Shown here in pieces: positions 37,909-47,508 of a stretch of DNA of 64,000 bases (positions are counted from its first letter, which is position 1; each line of letters begins with the position of its first letter). The notes below the pieces were generated by a model, which had not been told where the DNA came from, did not search any database, and worked only from the letters and a program-made list of their open reading frames with translations. Origin of the DNA: Candidatus Multivoradales bacterium (GTDB taxonomy: Bacteria; Acidobacteriota; Thermoanaerobaculia; Multivoradales; JAHEKO01); the NCBI GenBank assembly GCA_965248055.1, contig CBDFIJ010000004.1, positions 2,144,001-2,208,000 on the forward strand, given 5' to 3'. A program made the translations under genes and the position numbers.

Positions 37909-40140
37909 GTGTCGGTTGGTACGGACATTGCTCCGAGACCGAGTATGCGCTCTAGGCAGATGGTATTCCAAGACCCCAAGCAAAGCCCTGAGAGGACCAA
38001 GAACCTTCTACCTTTTGAGTTGGAGCGTGAAGGGAAGCAGGCCGCCGAAGCGGAGGCGACGGCGTTTCCCGACGGCGTGTTGTTGCTGGGATCAGCCGTG
38101 ATCCAACCTCGTCGGTTATCGGTTACCAATGGCCATGGAACCAAGAAAGTGGAGCACCAAGCGATGCGGGTGCTCCTGGCTCTAGCCCGGCACTCGCAGC
38201 GAGTTGTCACGCGCGAAGAATTGCTTCAAGAAGCCTGGCCAGATGTCATCGTCAGCGATGACTCTCTGAGTCGGGCGGTGTCCTTGATACGTAAAGCCTT
38301 GGAAGATCACCCGGAGGATTCTCGGTACATCCAGACGGTTCCTAAGGTGGGGTACCGTTTGATCCCCGTTCCGGAATGGAAGCCCGGCGTGGGGGTGATG
38401 AAATCGTACGGTGGACTTGGGCGTAGATGGATGTTGGTGGCACTGGTGATGGGGGCTGGCGCATTGATCCTTGGACTGACCTTCGCTCGACAGCTGCCTT
38501 GGCAGGATAGCGAGACCAGTAGAGAAAACCAGCCTGAGGTTGCAGAGGCTCGGATCTCGTCGCTGCCCGGTATTGAAACTGATCCTGTCTTCTCCCCCGA
38601 TGGGAAGTGGATCTTGTTTACCCACACTCCGAGTGGTGCGAAAGATTCAGATATTTTCGTAACCACAGACGACGGTAGCGACTGGAGGGCAATTGTCAGC
38701 ACTCCGGGTGTTGACCATAGTCCGAGTTGGGCGCCCGACGGTAGCCGCTTCGCTTGGATGCGGCAGGAATTGATAAACGGCAATCAAGTTTGCACCATCG
38801 TCGCGGTCAACCTGCTCAACCCTACCGTTGAGCAGGTCATAGGAGAGTGTTTCGACTGGAAACAGCAAAGCTTACTCTGGTGGACTGAGAAATCCATGCT
38901 TATGACGGGTGGAGCGGGAGAGGATGGTTTATACGGCCGCGGGCTTGAACGGCTGGACATCGATACCGGTACCCGGATTCCTGTCACCTTTCCACCCTTG
39001 GATTCGATCGGAGATTTCGTCGGCAGAACTTCAAAGAACGGATACGTTGCGTTCATCCGCAGCAGGGCGGGCGCCAGAGACACTCTGCATGTTCTCGACC
39101 CGAAGGGGACAACCCGGCAAGTCAGCACTGGAGATTGGAGTGTCTTTGGTTTGGACTGGACGCCCAGCGGAGATGCTCTAGTAGTTTCGGGGTCGCCGAT
39201 TGGTGAGCAACGCGGAATATGGATTCTGTCTCTTGAAGACGACCAAATTGAGATGATCGCCTCTGTTCACAGCGACTCCGTCACTGTTTCTCCGGCTGGC
39301 TCCGTCGTCTACACCGCCTCCACCACTAATATTGATACTTACGTCTTGTCCGACCCAAGTTCAAGTTCTCCCAAGCTGGTCGAACCACTAGTAAGTTCGA
39401 CATCGGATGACGAATATCCGACTCTCAGACCCTCAAAAAACGTAATTGCCCTCGTTTCGTCGCGTGATGGCCACCCGCAGATCTGGACCATCGATCTTGC
39501 CGACCAGTCGTGGACAAAGACCACCAATTTGAGGGCTACCGTCGTCGAACGGCCGGTTTGGACCGGCGACACAATCTGGTTCGCAGCCGACGGGGATATT
39601 TACTCAGTCGATACAAAGGATCGCCGGGTCACACAGAGGACAACGAACCCCGCCGCTGACCGCGACCCCGTGGTATTGCCGAATGGCGATCTTGTGTTCG
39701 CATCCAACCGCAGCGGAAAGTGGAATCTTTGGCTGTACAAAGACAACGGCGAACCGCGCCAGATCACCGAAACCGGAGGTTACTTTCCTAGCTTGCGCCC
39801 TGATGGTGCCTGGCTTTACTTTCAAAAATGGTCAGAAGCAGGCATCTGGCGTGTGCGCGCTGACGCTCTCACGGATCCTGCCGAATTGGTCAGCGACATA
39901 TGGGTCTTGCGGGCGAACTGGTTGCCCCTCATGGACGGCAGCATAGTCTGGTATCGAAGTGGCCGAGTCTGGTACGAAGGTTCGGATGGGTCGGCTGCGC
40001 GCGAGGTCACTGCACTCCCCACCAGTGATTTCATGGTGGCTGGTATGAGCCATTTCAAAAATGGGGCACTCGCTATTGCGTTTAGCGGCCCGGCCGAGGC
40101 CGATCTGTTTCGCCGCGATCTGTCGGCTCGTGCGCCATAG
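37909..40140 (+). CDS. CadC/ToxR-like one-component receptor: wHTH + TM + TolB/PD40 beta-propellers
   Basis: VVTREELLQEAWPDVIVSDDSLSRAVSLIRKAL..YIQTVPKVGYRL, a TM helix, repeated P.FSPDG/WAPDG/SSRDG/SNRSG; start uncertain. Confidence 0.88.
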   Translation: MSVGTDIAPRPSMRSRQMVFQDPKQSPERTKNLLPFELEREGKQAAEAEATAFPDGVLLLGSAVIQPRRLSVTNGHGTKKVEHQAMRVLLALARHSQRVVTREELLQEAWPDVIVSDDSLSRAVSLIRKALEDHPEDSRYIQTVPKVGYRLIPVPEWKPGVGVMKSYGGLGRRWMLVALVMGAGALILGLTFARQLPWQDSETSRENQPEVAEARISSLPGIETDPVFSPDGKWILFTHTPSGAKDSDIFVTTDDGSDWRAIVSTPGVDHSPSWAPDGSRFAWMRQELINGNQVCTIVAVNLLNPTVEQVIGECFDWKQQSLLWWTEKSMLMTGGAGEDGLYGRGLERLDIDTGTRIPVTFPPLDSIGDFVGRTSKNGYVAFIRSRAGARDTLHVLDPKGTTRQVSTGDWSVFGLDWTPSGDALVVSGSPIGEQRGIWILSLEDDQIEMIASVHSDSVTVSPAGSVVYTASTTNIDTYVLSDPSSSSPKLVEPLVSSTSDDEYPTLRPSKNVIALVSSRDGHPQIWTIDLADQSWTKTTNLRATVVERPVWTGDTIWFAADGDIYSVDTKDRRVTQRTTNPAADRDPVVLPNGDLVFASNRSGKWNLWLYKDNGEPRQITETGGYFPSLRPDGAWLYFQKWSEAGIWRVRADALTDPAELVSDIWVLRANWLPLMDGSIVWYRSGRVWYEGSDGSAAREVTALPTSDFMVAGMSHFKNGALAIAFSGPAEADLFRRDLSARAP

Positions 40141-40402
40141 TTGGCTAGTTTGTCCAACCTTTAGAACTACTAGTTCAAGAAACTGAACAACTTACAGCAG
40201 TCCCTGCAAACGCAGTCTTGGTAAACCGGGACTTGTCGTTGGGAGGTGAACATAGTGCTTGCATGACGTTTCGCAGCGATCACTCTCCATCGAACGATGT
40301 TTCCTCTCGGGCTACTTGGGTTCGATCATTGCCAGGATGGCTTCGAACTTGCCCTTCAGTTAAGGAGGGATCGGTATCGAAATAGACAGGGAGAAAAAAC
40401 GA

Positions 40403-41458
40403 ATGTCCAGAATCACTTCACTCTTGATGACCACCTTGCTCTTCACCGGGGCTGCGGCCGCGCACGCCCCGCAGACCGAACTTCCGTGTACCACGGATGA
40501 GTATCGTCAGTTCGATTCTTGGGTAGGGGACTGGGTTGTCACCACCTTGGATGGCAACCGTGCCGGCGAGAACAAGATTCGGCCAATCTTGAACGGCTGC
40601 GTGTTGCTTGAAAAATGGCATGGCGCGCGCGGTTCGATGGGCAAGAGTTTCAACGCGTATTCTGCGCGCTCCGGCGAATGGCGCCAGGCTTGGGTCAGCG
40701 GTATCGGAGGACGTCTGGATTTGGCAGGTGGGCTCGATGACCGGGGCCACATGGTCTTAACTGAAACGATGACGGACCAGGAGCGTGGCGAAGTCCTCCA
40801 CAAGATCTCGTGGACACCCCAAGAGGACGGTACGGTGAAGCAACATTGGCGCACTTCCGATGACAATGGAGCAGAATGGGCCGACAGCTTTGTCGGGATC
40901 TACACGCGGCAAGTCGATTCCACCCAAAGTATGTCGGATTCGAGCTTGTACAACGGAAACGACGTTGGAATCGCAGGCCCGCATGGCCGGCTACATCCCC
41001 AATCGCCCTCGGAAGCCGATCAGTTCGACTTCCTGATCGGAGAATTTTCCTGTAACGACCGTTCGCGGCGCGCAGATGGGGCATGGAGGGAATCGAAGGC
41101 AACCTGGAAGGCTCACTACATCCTGAACGGTCACGGCATCCAAGATGACTACCGGAACAGTGCCATGGCGGGTACTGGAATCCGGGTCTGGGATTCGCAG
41201 GAAGAAAACTGGCGCGTTTCCTTCTATGGAATGCCAGGTAATGCGTTTGGGCTTGAGTGGAAAGGCCGCAAAGAAGGCGACAACATGGTGATGCGGCGAT
41301 CAACCAACAACGCCGCCGGTACTGCGGTAGAGAGTGTGCTCACTTTCTCGGAGATCACGGCGAATGGGTTTGAATGGGAGAGTCTCAAAATTCCTGCGGA
41401 GGGAGATCCCTTCGCAACTTGGAAGATTTCGTGTACCCGAAACGCAAGTGACAGTTAG
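40403..41458 (+). CDS. Secreted protein with two tandem DUF1579-like beta-barrel domains
   Basis: Signal peptide; internal duplication RQFDSWVGDW / DQFDFLIGEF and ILNGC / ILNGH. Confidence 0.7.
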   Translation: MSRITSLLMTTLLFTGAAAAHAPQTELPCTTDEYRQFDSWVGDWVVTTLDGNRAGENKIRPILNGCVLLEKWHGARGSMGKSFNAYSARSGEWRQAWVSGIGGRLDLAGGLDDRGHMVLTETMTDQERGEVLHKISWTPQEDGTVKQHWRTSDDNGAEWADSFVGIYTRQVDSTQSMSDSSLYNGNDVGIAGPHGRLHPQSPSEADQFDFLIGEFSCNDRSRRADGAWRESKATWKAHYILNGHGIQDDYRNSAMAGTGIRVWDSQEENWRVSFYGMPGNAFGLEWKGRKEGDNMVMRRSTNNAAGTAVESVLTFSEITANGFEWESLKIPAEGDPFATWKISCTRNASDS

Positions 41459-42001
41459 CTAGGAACTTCACTTGGGTGCAGCGTTGTGGCGCCTGCCGCA
41501 GGTGTTCCAGAGAGCGTCGACAGCATCGCCCTCCAACCGTTTTCGGTTAGTAGTTTGCGCCGGCGCATCAATCCATGATGACGACGGCTTCGCCGCCTCT
41601 ACAAGCACAGTGGATGGGAGCCATTGGGTAATAGTGCTTGGTTGATTCACTCCTCCAGCACGCGGTCGCCTAACGGCTCTGACGAGTTCAGAATTGGCCT
41701 CGCCCAATTTCGGTCCAAGTGCCGAATCAACCTTTTGAACAAGACCCCCTGTTCGATCCGGTTGGTTGAATCAACCGGGTGTTTGGAGGTATGGGAGTGC
41801 CTCAATTCTTGGCAAGAAACCGAAAAAACAGGGTCGAGTCAACGTTATTGTCATTGCCAAGTATTTCTTTGTGTGTAGCTCGCGTTATGAGAGCGGATGA
41901 TTACCAGCGACACCGCCGACTGGGGAATGTTGATTGCTGTTCTCGTCTGGCAGTGCACGCGGCCATTGAGGTCACGGAGCAACTTCGATAAGGAGAAACG
42001 A

Positions 42002-44944
42002 ATGAGGAAGAACAAACAGACTCTCTGCTGGGCTGCGCTACTCGCTGTCTTGCTGTTGGTCCCGGCTGCCACCTTCGCCCAGTCTGCGTCCGGTACCATT
42101 TTCGGCCGCGTGTTGGACGAAAACGGCAACAGCCTCCAGTCCGTGACCGCTACTGCGGTCTCGCCTGCTTTGCAGGGCAAGAAAGTTGCCGTTAGTGACA
42201 ATGACGGTGGATTTAAACTGGTCACCCTGCCCCCGGGCGTGTATGCAGTGACCTTTAGCATCGATGGGTTCCAGGATGTTGTCCAAGAGGATGTCCGTGT
42301 CAACATCGGCGGGCAGATCCCACTGGCTGTGACCATGAACTCAGGCTTCACGGATACGGTGGTGATTAGCGGTGCAGATCGACCGCTGATCAATACCTCA
42401 AGCACCGAGTCCGGGATCACCCTAGATCAGGACTTTTTCCAAGATTTGCCCACTGGTCGTAGCTACATTACCGCCGCTCTCGTGGCTCCTGGTGCCCAGA
42501 CGGATGCGTCCGGGACAACCTTCTATGGCTCGACTGGTGCTGAGAACGCGTATTACATCGATGGCGTCAATACCACTGGCATTGAATTAGGTATCCAAGG
42601 CCAGGCTCTGAACTTCGAGTTCATTCAAGAAGTGCAGATCAAGACCGGAAGTTACGGTGCCGAGTACGGTCGCAACACCGGCGGCATCATTGAAGTGGTG
42701 ACCAAGTCCGGTGGCAATGATCTCTCCGGCGACGTCTTTGGTTACTGGGATGACGATTCGCTTGAGTCCAGTCTCAGTTCGGCTGCTCACACGGGTGCGG
42801 TTTCCGGCTCAACCAGAACCGTCGGCCGCACGCGCGCGGACTTCGGTTTCGATCTGGGCGGAGCTATTCAGAAGGACAAGCTCTGGTACTTTGTCGCTTA
42901 TGACAAGGTTGACAATAACAATGATGTAGAGTCGTTGAAGAATTTCGCGCCGTTCGTCCCGGGCGCTCCTGGTCTGGGCGATGGTTTCGTCACCGATACG
43001 ACACGCAACCTGGCAGCGGCCAAGTTGACCTGGAAGATCGCGCCGACACATACTTTGGCAGGTTCTTATTTTGATGATTCCGGTACTCAGGACGGATTAC
43101 TAACAGGTTACTCGCTTGCTGCTCCGTCGAGCCACTTTACCGGCGTCAACGATTTCGGTGCGCCCGATCATGCGCTCAACTATGATGGCGTGCTCTCTGA
43201 CGACCTCTTGATTTCCGGGCGCCTGTCACGCCATGAAGAAACAATAACGTTTTCAGGAGAAGGAACCGATCTGGTGGGCTTCATCGATTTCACCGATCCG
43301 CTTGGCGATGGCACGACGACTTGGGGATGGTCAGGAGCTCCCAACGCATCTGGCCTCGGCTTCTTCCAGAACCAGAATTTTGTTCGTGATCAGAATCGTG
43401 TGGACTTGACTTACTTTGCCAACAATTTTGGCGGCGAGCATGAATTCAAGGTTGGCTTTGAGACCGAAGAGATCGCGGTGGATAACGCCAATCGTAACTC
43501 CGGCGGCCAGCGAATCTATCGTTTCAGCTGCAGTAGCAGCCGTTGTCCAGACAACCCTGAGCAACCGTACTACTACCGACATCGCTACTTCGTGAACTCC
43601 AAGATTGATGCTTACAATGCGACAGCTGCCGACCTGAGAGATCCGTTGACTGTGAACACTAAGGCGGAGGACGAGGCGTACTTCATCCAGGATTCCTGGC
43701 GAGTGGCCGACAACCTCACCCTAAACCTCGGCTGGCGCCATGACACCCAGACGCTGTTCAATGCCGATGGTCAACCCCATCAAACTTTGGACGACGCGGA
43801 TGCGCCGCGCATAGGTTTGATCTGGGATCCGCTAAAGAATGGGCGTTCTAAGGTCTATGGGCACTATGGCAAGTTTTACGAGACCATCCCGATGGATATC
43901 GTGATTCGCTCCTACGGTGGTGAAATCTCTGTGTTTGCCTACAACTTTTCGCAAGATCCTGCGGATATCGCGGGTGACCGGGCTGTGCGTCGTGGCTCTA
44001 CGACGCTCGGTGGGGGGTTCTCTCGGGTTGACCCACTCACCGAGAGCCAACACATCGAAGAAATTGTGATTGGTGGCGAATATGAGATCACCAACGGCGT
44101 GTCGCTAGGAGTCAAATACATCGACCGTGACCTCGAGAACATCATGGAAGATGCGCTGTCTGCTGATGGCGACTACTTCATCGGCAATCCCGGTCGTGGA
44201 GCCATGGTCGGTACCTACGACCTTGGTTATGCCTTTGGCTACAACACAACCCTGCACAGTCTGTCGGTACCCACGCGTGAATTTGAAGGCTATGAAGTCA
44301 TGATCACCAAGCGCCCAACGAAAAACCTCCAGTTCATCGCTTCGTTGCTCTTCTCAGAGCTCACGGGGAGCTACGACGGGTTGTTCCAGGCGTCTACCGG
44401 TCAGCTTGACCCCAACTTGAACTCGGCGTTCGACTACTATGATTTTTCTGTGAACAACAAGGGCAAGTTGTCCAACGATCGCCCTTTTCAGGCTAAATGG
44501 GATGGTGCCTACAACTTCGAGAACGGCCTAGTTCTCGGTGCATCAGCCTACTACCGTGACGGCACACCGGTCACTGCCATGGGCTACTCCACCGCCTACA
44601 GTAACTGGGAGTACTACCTCTCAGAACGTGGGGCTTTTGGTAGCACCGATAAGGAGTACGAGGTCAACCTTCATGTGGGTTATCCGATCACGCTCAACAA
44701 TGGTACCGAGATCAACCTAATGGCAGACATTACCAATCTTCTGGATCGGCAGGGTGAACTCACCCGTAGCACTGCCTACGACGTGGTCGAAGACTACGGT
44801 GTTCTTGATTGGGTTACGGGCGAGGAATACGCTCCTATCACTCCTGGTGACACTGCCCGTCCGCCGACCAATGCTTCGTTCAACACAGCGAGCACTTGGC
44901 AGCTGCCGCGGTCAGTCCGATTGGGTGTGCGTTTTAGCTTCTAG
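42002..44944 (+). CDS. Oar-type TonB-dependent outer membrane receptor with carboxypeptidase-regulatory-like N-domain
   Basis: AFAQ signal, GTIFGRVLD, LPPGVYAVT, IQEVQIKTG.YGAEYGR.TGG..VVTKSGGN, C-terminal PRSVRLGVRFSF. Confidence 0.93.
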   Translation: MRKNKQTLCWAALLAVLLLVPAATFAQSASGTIFGRVLDENGNSLQSVTATAVSPALQGKKVAVSDNDGGFKLVTLPPGVYAVTFSIDGFQDVVQEDVRVNIGGQIPLAVTMNSGFTDTVVISGADRPLINTSSTESGITLDQDFFQDLPTGRSYITAALVAPGAQTDASGTTFYGSTGAENAYYIDGVNTTGIELGIQGQALNFEFIQEVQIKTGSYGAEYGRNTGGIIEVVTKSGGNDLSGDVFGYWDDDSLESSLSSAAHTGAVSGSTRTVGRTRADFGFDLGGAIQKDKLWYFVAYDKVDNNNDVESLKNFAPFVPGAPGLGDGFVTDTTRNLAAAKLTWKIAPTHTLAGSYFDDSGTQDGLLTGYSLAAPSSHFTGVNDFGAPDHALNYDGVLSDDLLISGRLSRHEETITFSGEGTDLVGFIDFTDPLGDGTTTWGWSGAPNASGLGFFQNQNFVRDQNRVDLTYFANNFGGEHEFKVGFETEEIAVDNANRNSGGQRIYRFSCSSSRCPDNPEQPYYYRHRYFVNSKIDAYNATAADLRDPLTVNTKAEDEAYFIQDSWRVADNLTLNLGWRHDTQTLFNADGQPHQTLDDADAPRIGLIWDPLKNGRSKVYGHYGKFYETIPMDIVIRSYGGEISVFAYNFSQDPADIAGDRAVRRGSTTLGGGFSRVDPLTESQHIEEIVIGGEYEITNGVSLGVKYIDRDLENIMEDALSADGDYFIGNPGRGAMVGTYDLGYAFGYNTTLHSLSVPTREFEGYEVMITKRPTKNLQFIASLLFSELTGSYDGLFQASTGQLDPNLNSAFDYYDFSVNNKGKLSNDRPFQAKWDGAYNFENGLVLGASAYYRDGTPVTAMGYSTAYSNWEYYLSERGAFGSTDKEYEVNLHVGYPITLNNGTEINLMADITNLLDRQGELTRSTAYDVVEDYGVLDWVTGEEYAPITPGDTARPPTNASFNTASTWQLPRSVRLGVRFSF

Positions 44945-44967
44945 TCCGCTTTCAAACAGCGTGTATG

Positions 44968-44996
44968 AGAGGGGGCGCACGCCCCCTCTTTTTTTT
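44968..44996 (+). terminator. Rho-independent terminator
   Basis: AGAGGGGGC-gcac-GCCCCCTCT followed by a T-run, 23 bp after the receptor stop. Confidence 0.85.
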
Positions 44997-45016
44997 CGAA
45001 AACTACAAATACGAAT

Positions 45017-45206
45017 TACGGTGCCAGATGGAGGCATCGAAATCGTCAATAGACGGAAAACTCACCATGCACCGGTCCATCGACGGACCCAAAAAGAGTG
45101 CGAATGGGATCTCCATCCCTAGAATGGATCCGATTCTAAGGGCCGAATGACCGACGGAAAGAAAACCCTTGACCGGACCGCCCGACTCTCCTCATCTGTC
45201 ACCGTA
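45017..45206 (+). repeat. 190-bp REPIN/MITE-like element
   Basis: Ends TACGGTGCCAGATG and CATCTGTCACCGTA are inverted (13/14) and resemble the RAYT ends TACGGTGACAG. Confidence 0.8.
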
Positions 45207-45268
45207 CTAAGGTTCGTGGGCACCATCATGGTGTTTGTTGATCGCGATTGGTGTGGCGGAAAAGCCAA

Positions 45269-45428
45269 CGGGTTACTGAGTTTCTGGAGAGAAAACCGCA
45301 TGTACGAAGTGCTCGGTCTCTTCGTCCCTTTCGTGGTCCGCATCATGTTGCCGACCGACGTGGTGCAGATCCGCCATCAGAAGAAACTGGTCGCGTTACG
45401 TCGACCGGCGAGGGCGCATAAATCCTAG
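45269..45428 (+). pseudogene. Diverged copy of the terC 3' end
   Basis: Aligns to 36717-36974 with a 99-bp deletion between ACCGA repeats; ends RPARAHKS* versus RPADPHRS*. Confidence 0.9.
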
Positions 45429-45772
45429 GGGACACAATACAAGTATTGTGTCCCCTCCCTTAACACCGGTTCCCTGGTCGCTGGCAACGCGTCGTACCAG
45501 GGCGCAAAACTCATGAACCGCGGATGCCCGTCGACGTCAGCCACCAGGTAGAGAAAATTGTTCCAACCCAACTGGTGGAACTGGCAGTAGATGGCGAACT
45601 CGCCCTGCGGTACCTCCGTCCATAGCGCACTGCCGTCGACGGTGTTGCTCTTGTAGCTGGTGGTGCAGGCGTCCTGCGACGGCGAATCCGCTGCTGCCGT
45701 AGTCGCCAGGGGCAGGCCTGCGATCATTACTCCGCAAGTCCAAATCAGAATCTGAAACTTTGAACGCATCAT
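45425..45772 (-). CDS. Small secreted hypothetical protein whose C-terminus reads through the palindrome
   Basis: AGGAGA RBS, signal peptide ending TTAAA; last residues GTQYLYCVP come from the repeat. Confidence 0.55.
   Translation of the reverse strand: MMRSKFQILIWTCGVMIAGLPLATTAAADSPSQDACTTSYKSNTVDGSALWTEVPQGEFAIYCQFHQLGWNNFLYLVADVDGHPRFMSFAPWYDALPATREPVLREGTQYLYCVP
45428..45455. repeat. 28-bp palindrome, copy 2
   Basis: Identical to 37031-37058. Confidence 0.95.
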
Positions 45773-45979
45773 TCTCTCCTTCTGGTCCGCGAGCGGTTTG
45801 GATCCGCCTAGTGGCGCTGCTCGGGCAATCCGAGCCGCGTCTCAACCGAGGTAGCTCGTCGTGGACGATCTAGGTTGTGCTGAGGGGACCATACCACTGT
45901 GCAGCCGGTGGCGTGCGTGGCCGCGCTACAGAAGACATCCTTGTTCAGGGAGGTTCTGATTGCAGTAGTCGGCCATAAC

Positions 45980-46009
45980 TTGCTCCCAATATGGGAACAA
46001 CGATATAGT
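45980..46009 (+). promoter_or_regulatory. sigma70-type promoter with palindromic operator for the higB operon
   Basis: TTGCTC (45980-45985) and TATAGT (46004-46009) with imperfect palindrome TTGCTCCCAATATGGGAACAA (45980-46000). Confidence 0.6.
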
Positions 46010-46019
46010 AGAGGTCGCG

Positions 46020-46304
46020 ATGATTTTGGTTCGGAGGAGGGAACTCGATGCGTTTAGACGAAAGCACCCAGATGTCCGTAGCTGGCTCGATCAATGGGTT
46101 GCTGAGGTAGAAAGGGCGGAATGGAGCAGCCCTCAAGAGATAAGAGATAGGTACGCGAGTGCAACGGTGATTTCTGGAAATGTGATCATTTTTGACGTAA
46201 AAGGCAATAAGTATCGGATGGAGGTTTTGGTTTCGTTCGAGCGCGGAGTGGTTAGCGTCCAACGGTGGGGAACACATGCCGAATACGACAAATGGAGCTT
46301 CTAG
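46020..46304 (+). CDS. higB: HigB-family mRNA interferase toxin
   Basis: F.RKHPD..WL..W..EV..AEWSSPQEI...YASA...IFDVKGNKYR...GTHAEYDKW. Confidence 0.9.
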   Translation: MILVRRRELDAFRRKHPDVRSWLDQWVAEVERAEWSSPQEIRDRYASATVISGNVIIFDVKGNKYRMEVLVSFERGVVSVQRWGTHAEYDKWSF

Positions 46305-46317
46305 AGAGAAGGACACT

Positions 46318-47508
46318 ATGACCGTGATTCGTACAAAAGCGCAATATGAAGGCCATCTCGAAGAACTCGAGGAGCTACTGCGCAGTGGAGAGCTAGGGAA
46401 CGCTACCGTGGAGGCTCTCCGCTTGGATGAACTTGCGAGGGCTATAGAAGACTATGAGAAGGAACGATTCCCCTTTCAAGTCCCCAGCCCTGTGGAGGCG
46501 GTCGAGTTCAGGTTGCAGCAGATGGGGTTGACACGTCGCCACCTGGAGCCTCTGTTGGGTGGGCGAAGTAAGGTGTCGGAGGTTTTGTCGGGAAAGCGCA
46601 CGTTGACAGTGCGGATGATTAGAGCCCTCAACCACGGTCTTGGAATTCCGGCAGACCTTTTGTTACAGGATACTCAGATAGCCAACCTCTCTATCGAAGA
46701 GCTTGATTGGAGCAAGTTCCCCGTCAAGGAGATGGTGCGTCGCCAGTGGCTTGCGACCTCGGAACACGACGCAGTCGAGGCAACGAAAACCTTTGTCGAA
46801 GCTGTCATTCCAGCTGAATATGCTCCGGCGTTGTTTCGACGTTCTAGCTCGATAGCCAAGGGCGCAATCGACTACTACTCACTTCTAGCCTGGATGGCGA
46901 GAGTTATTCACCTTGCGGAAACTGAGCCAGTTTCTAAGCCATTCGACAAAGGCCTTGATCAAGCCGCGTTATTCAGCGAGATGGCGATTCTTAGCAGTAA
47001 CGAGAACGGGCCATTCCTAGCGAAGAGCTGGCTTGCTAATGTGGGCGTTAGGTTGGTCGTAGAGCCACACTTGCCTAAGACGCGGCTTGATGGAGCTGCA
47101 CTACTTGATTCCGCTGGCAACCCAATAATTGCACTTACCGTTCGCTATGATCGTCTAGATAGCTTCTGGTTTACGTTGTTGCATGAACTTGCGCACGTTT
47201 TCCGTCATCTGAATCAAGAAGATATGGTCATAGTCGACGATCTGGATCTTGACCGAAGTCAAGATTTCTCGGAGATCGAGGCTGACAGCGTCGCACGAAA
47301 TGCACTAATTCCACGGCAACTGTGGGCAAGAAGCGATGCTTACCGCGTTCGTACCAAGCGGACGATTTTGGCATTGGCAGACCGGCTGAAAATCCACCCA
47401 AGCATTGTCGCTGGACGCCTTCGTTTTGAGACAGACAATTACCAGAGGTTTGGGGAGTTACTGGGTAGCGGGGAAGTGCGGAAGCACTTTCCAGAGGTGA
47501 AATGGTGA
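46318..47508 (+). CDS. HigA-type HTH fused to IrrE/ImmA (M78) metallopeptidase
   Basis: IEDYEKERFP..PSPVEAVEFRLQQMGLT..SKVSEVLSGKRTLT; KTRLDGAA, RYDRLDSFWFTLLHELAH (HExxH), EIEAD. Confidence 0.9.
   Translation: MTVIRTKAQYEGHLEELEELLRSGELGNATVEALRLDELARAIEDYEKERFPFQVPSPVEAVEFRLQQMGLTRRHLEPLLGGRSKVSEVLSGKRTLTVRMIRALNHGLGIPADLLLQDTQIANLSIEELDWSKFPVKEMVRRQWLATSEHDAVEATKTFVEAVIPAEYAPALFRRSSSIAKGAIDYYSLLAWMARVIHLAETEPVSKPFDKGLDQAALFSEMAILSSNENGPFLAKSWLANVGVRLVVEPHLPKTRLDGAALLDSAGNPIIALTVRYDRLDSFWFTLLHELAHVFRHLNQEDMVIVDDLDLDRSQDFSEIEADSVARNALIPRQLWARSDAYRVRTKRTILALADRLKIHPSIVAGRLRFETDNYQRFGELLGSGEVRKHFPEVKW

Noticed and set aside
41460-42000. Riboswitch, sigma54 promoter or small ORF upstream of the TonB-dependent receptor
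   Set aside because: No cobalamin or TPP consensus and no complete -24/-12 motif recognised; the ORFs lack support
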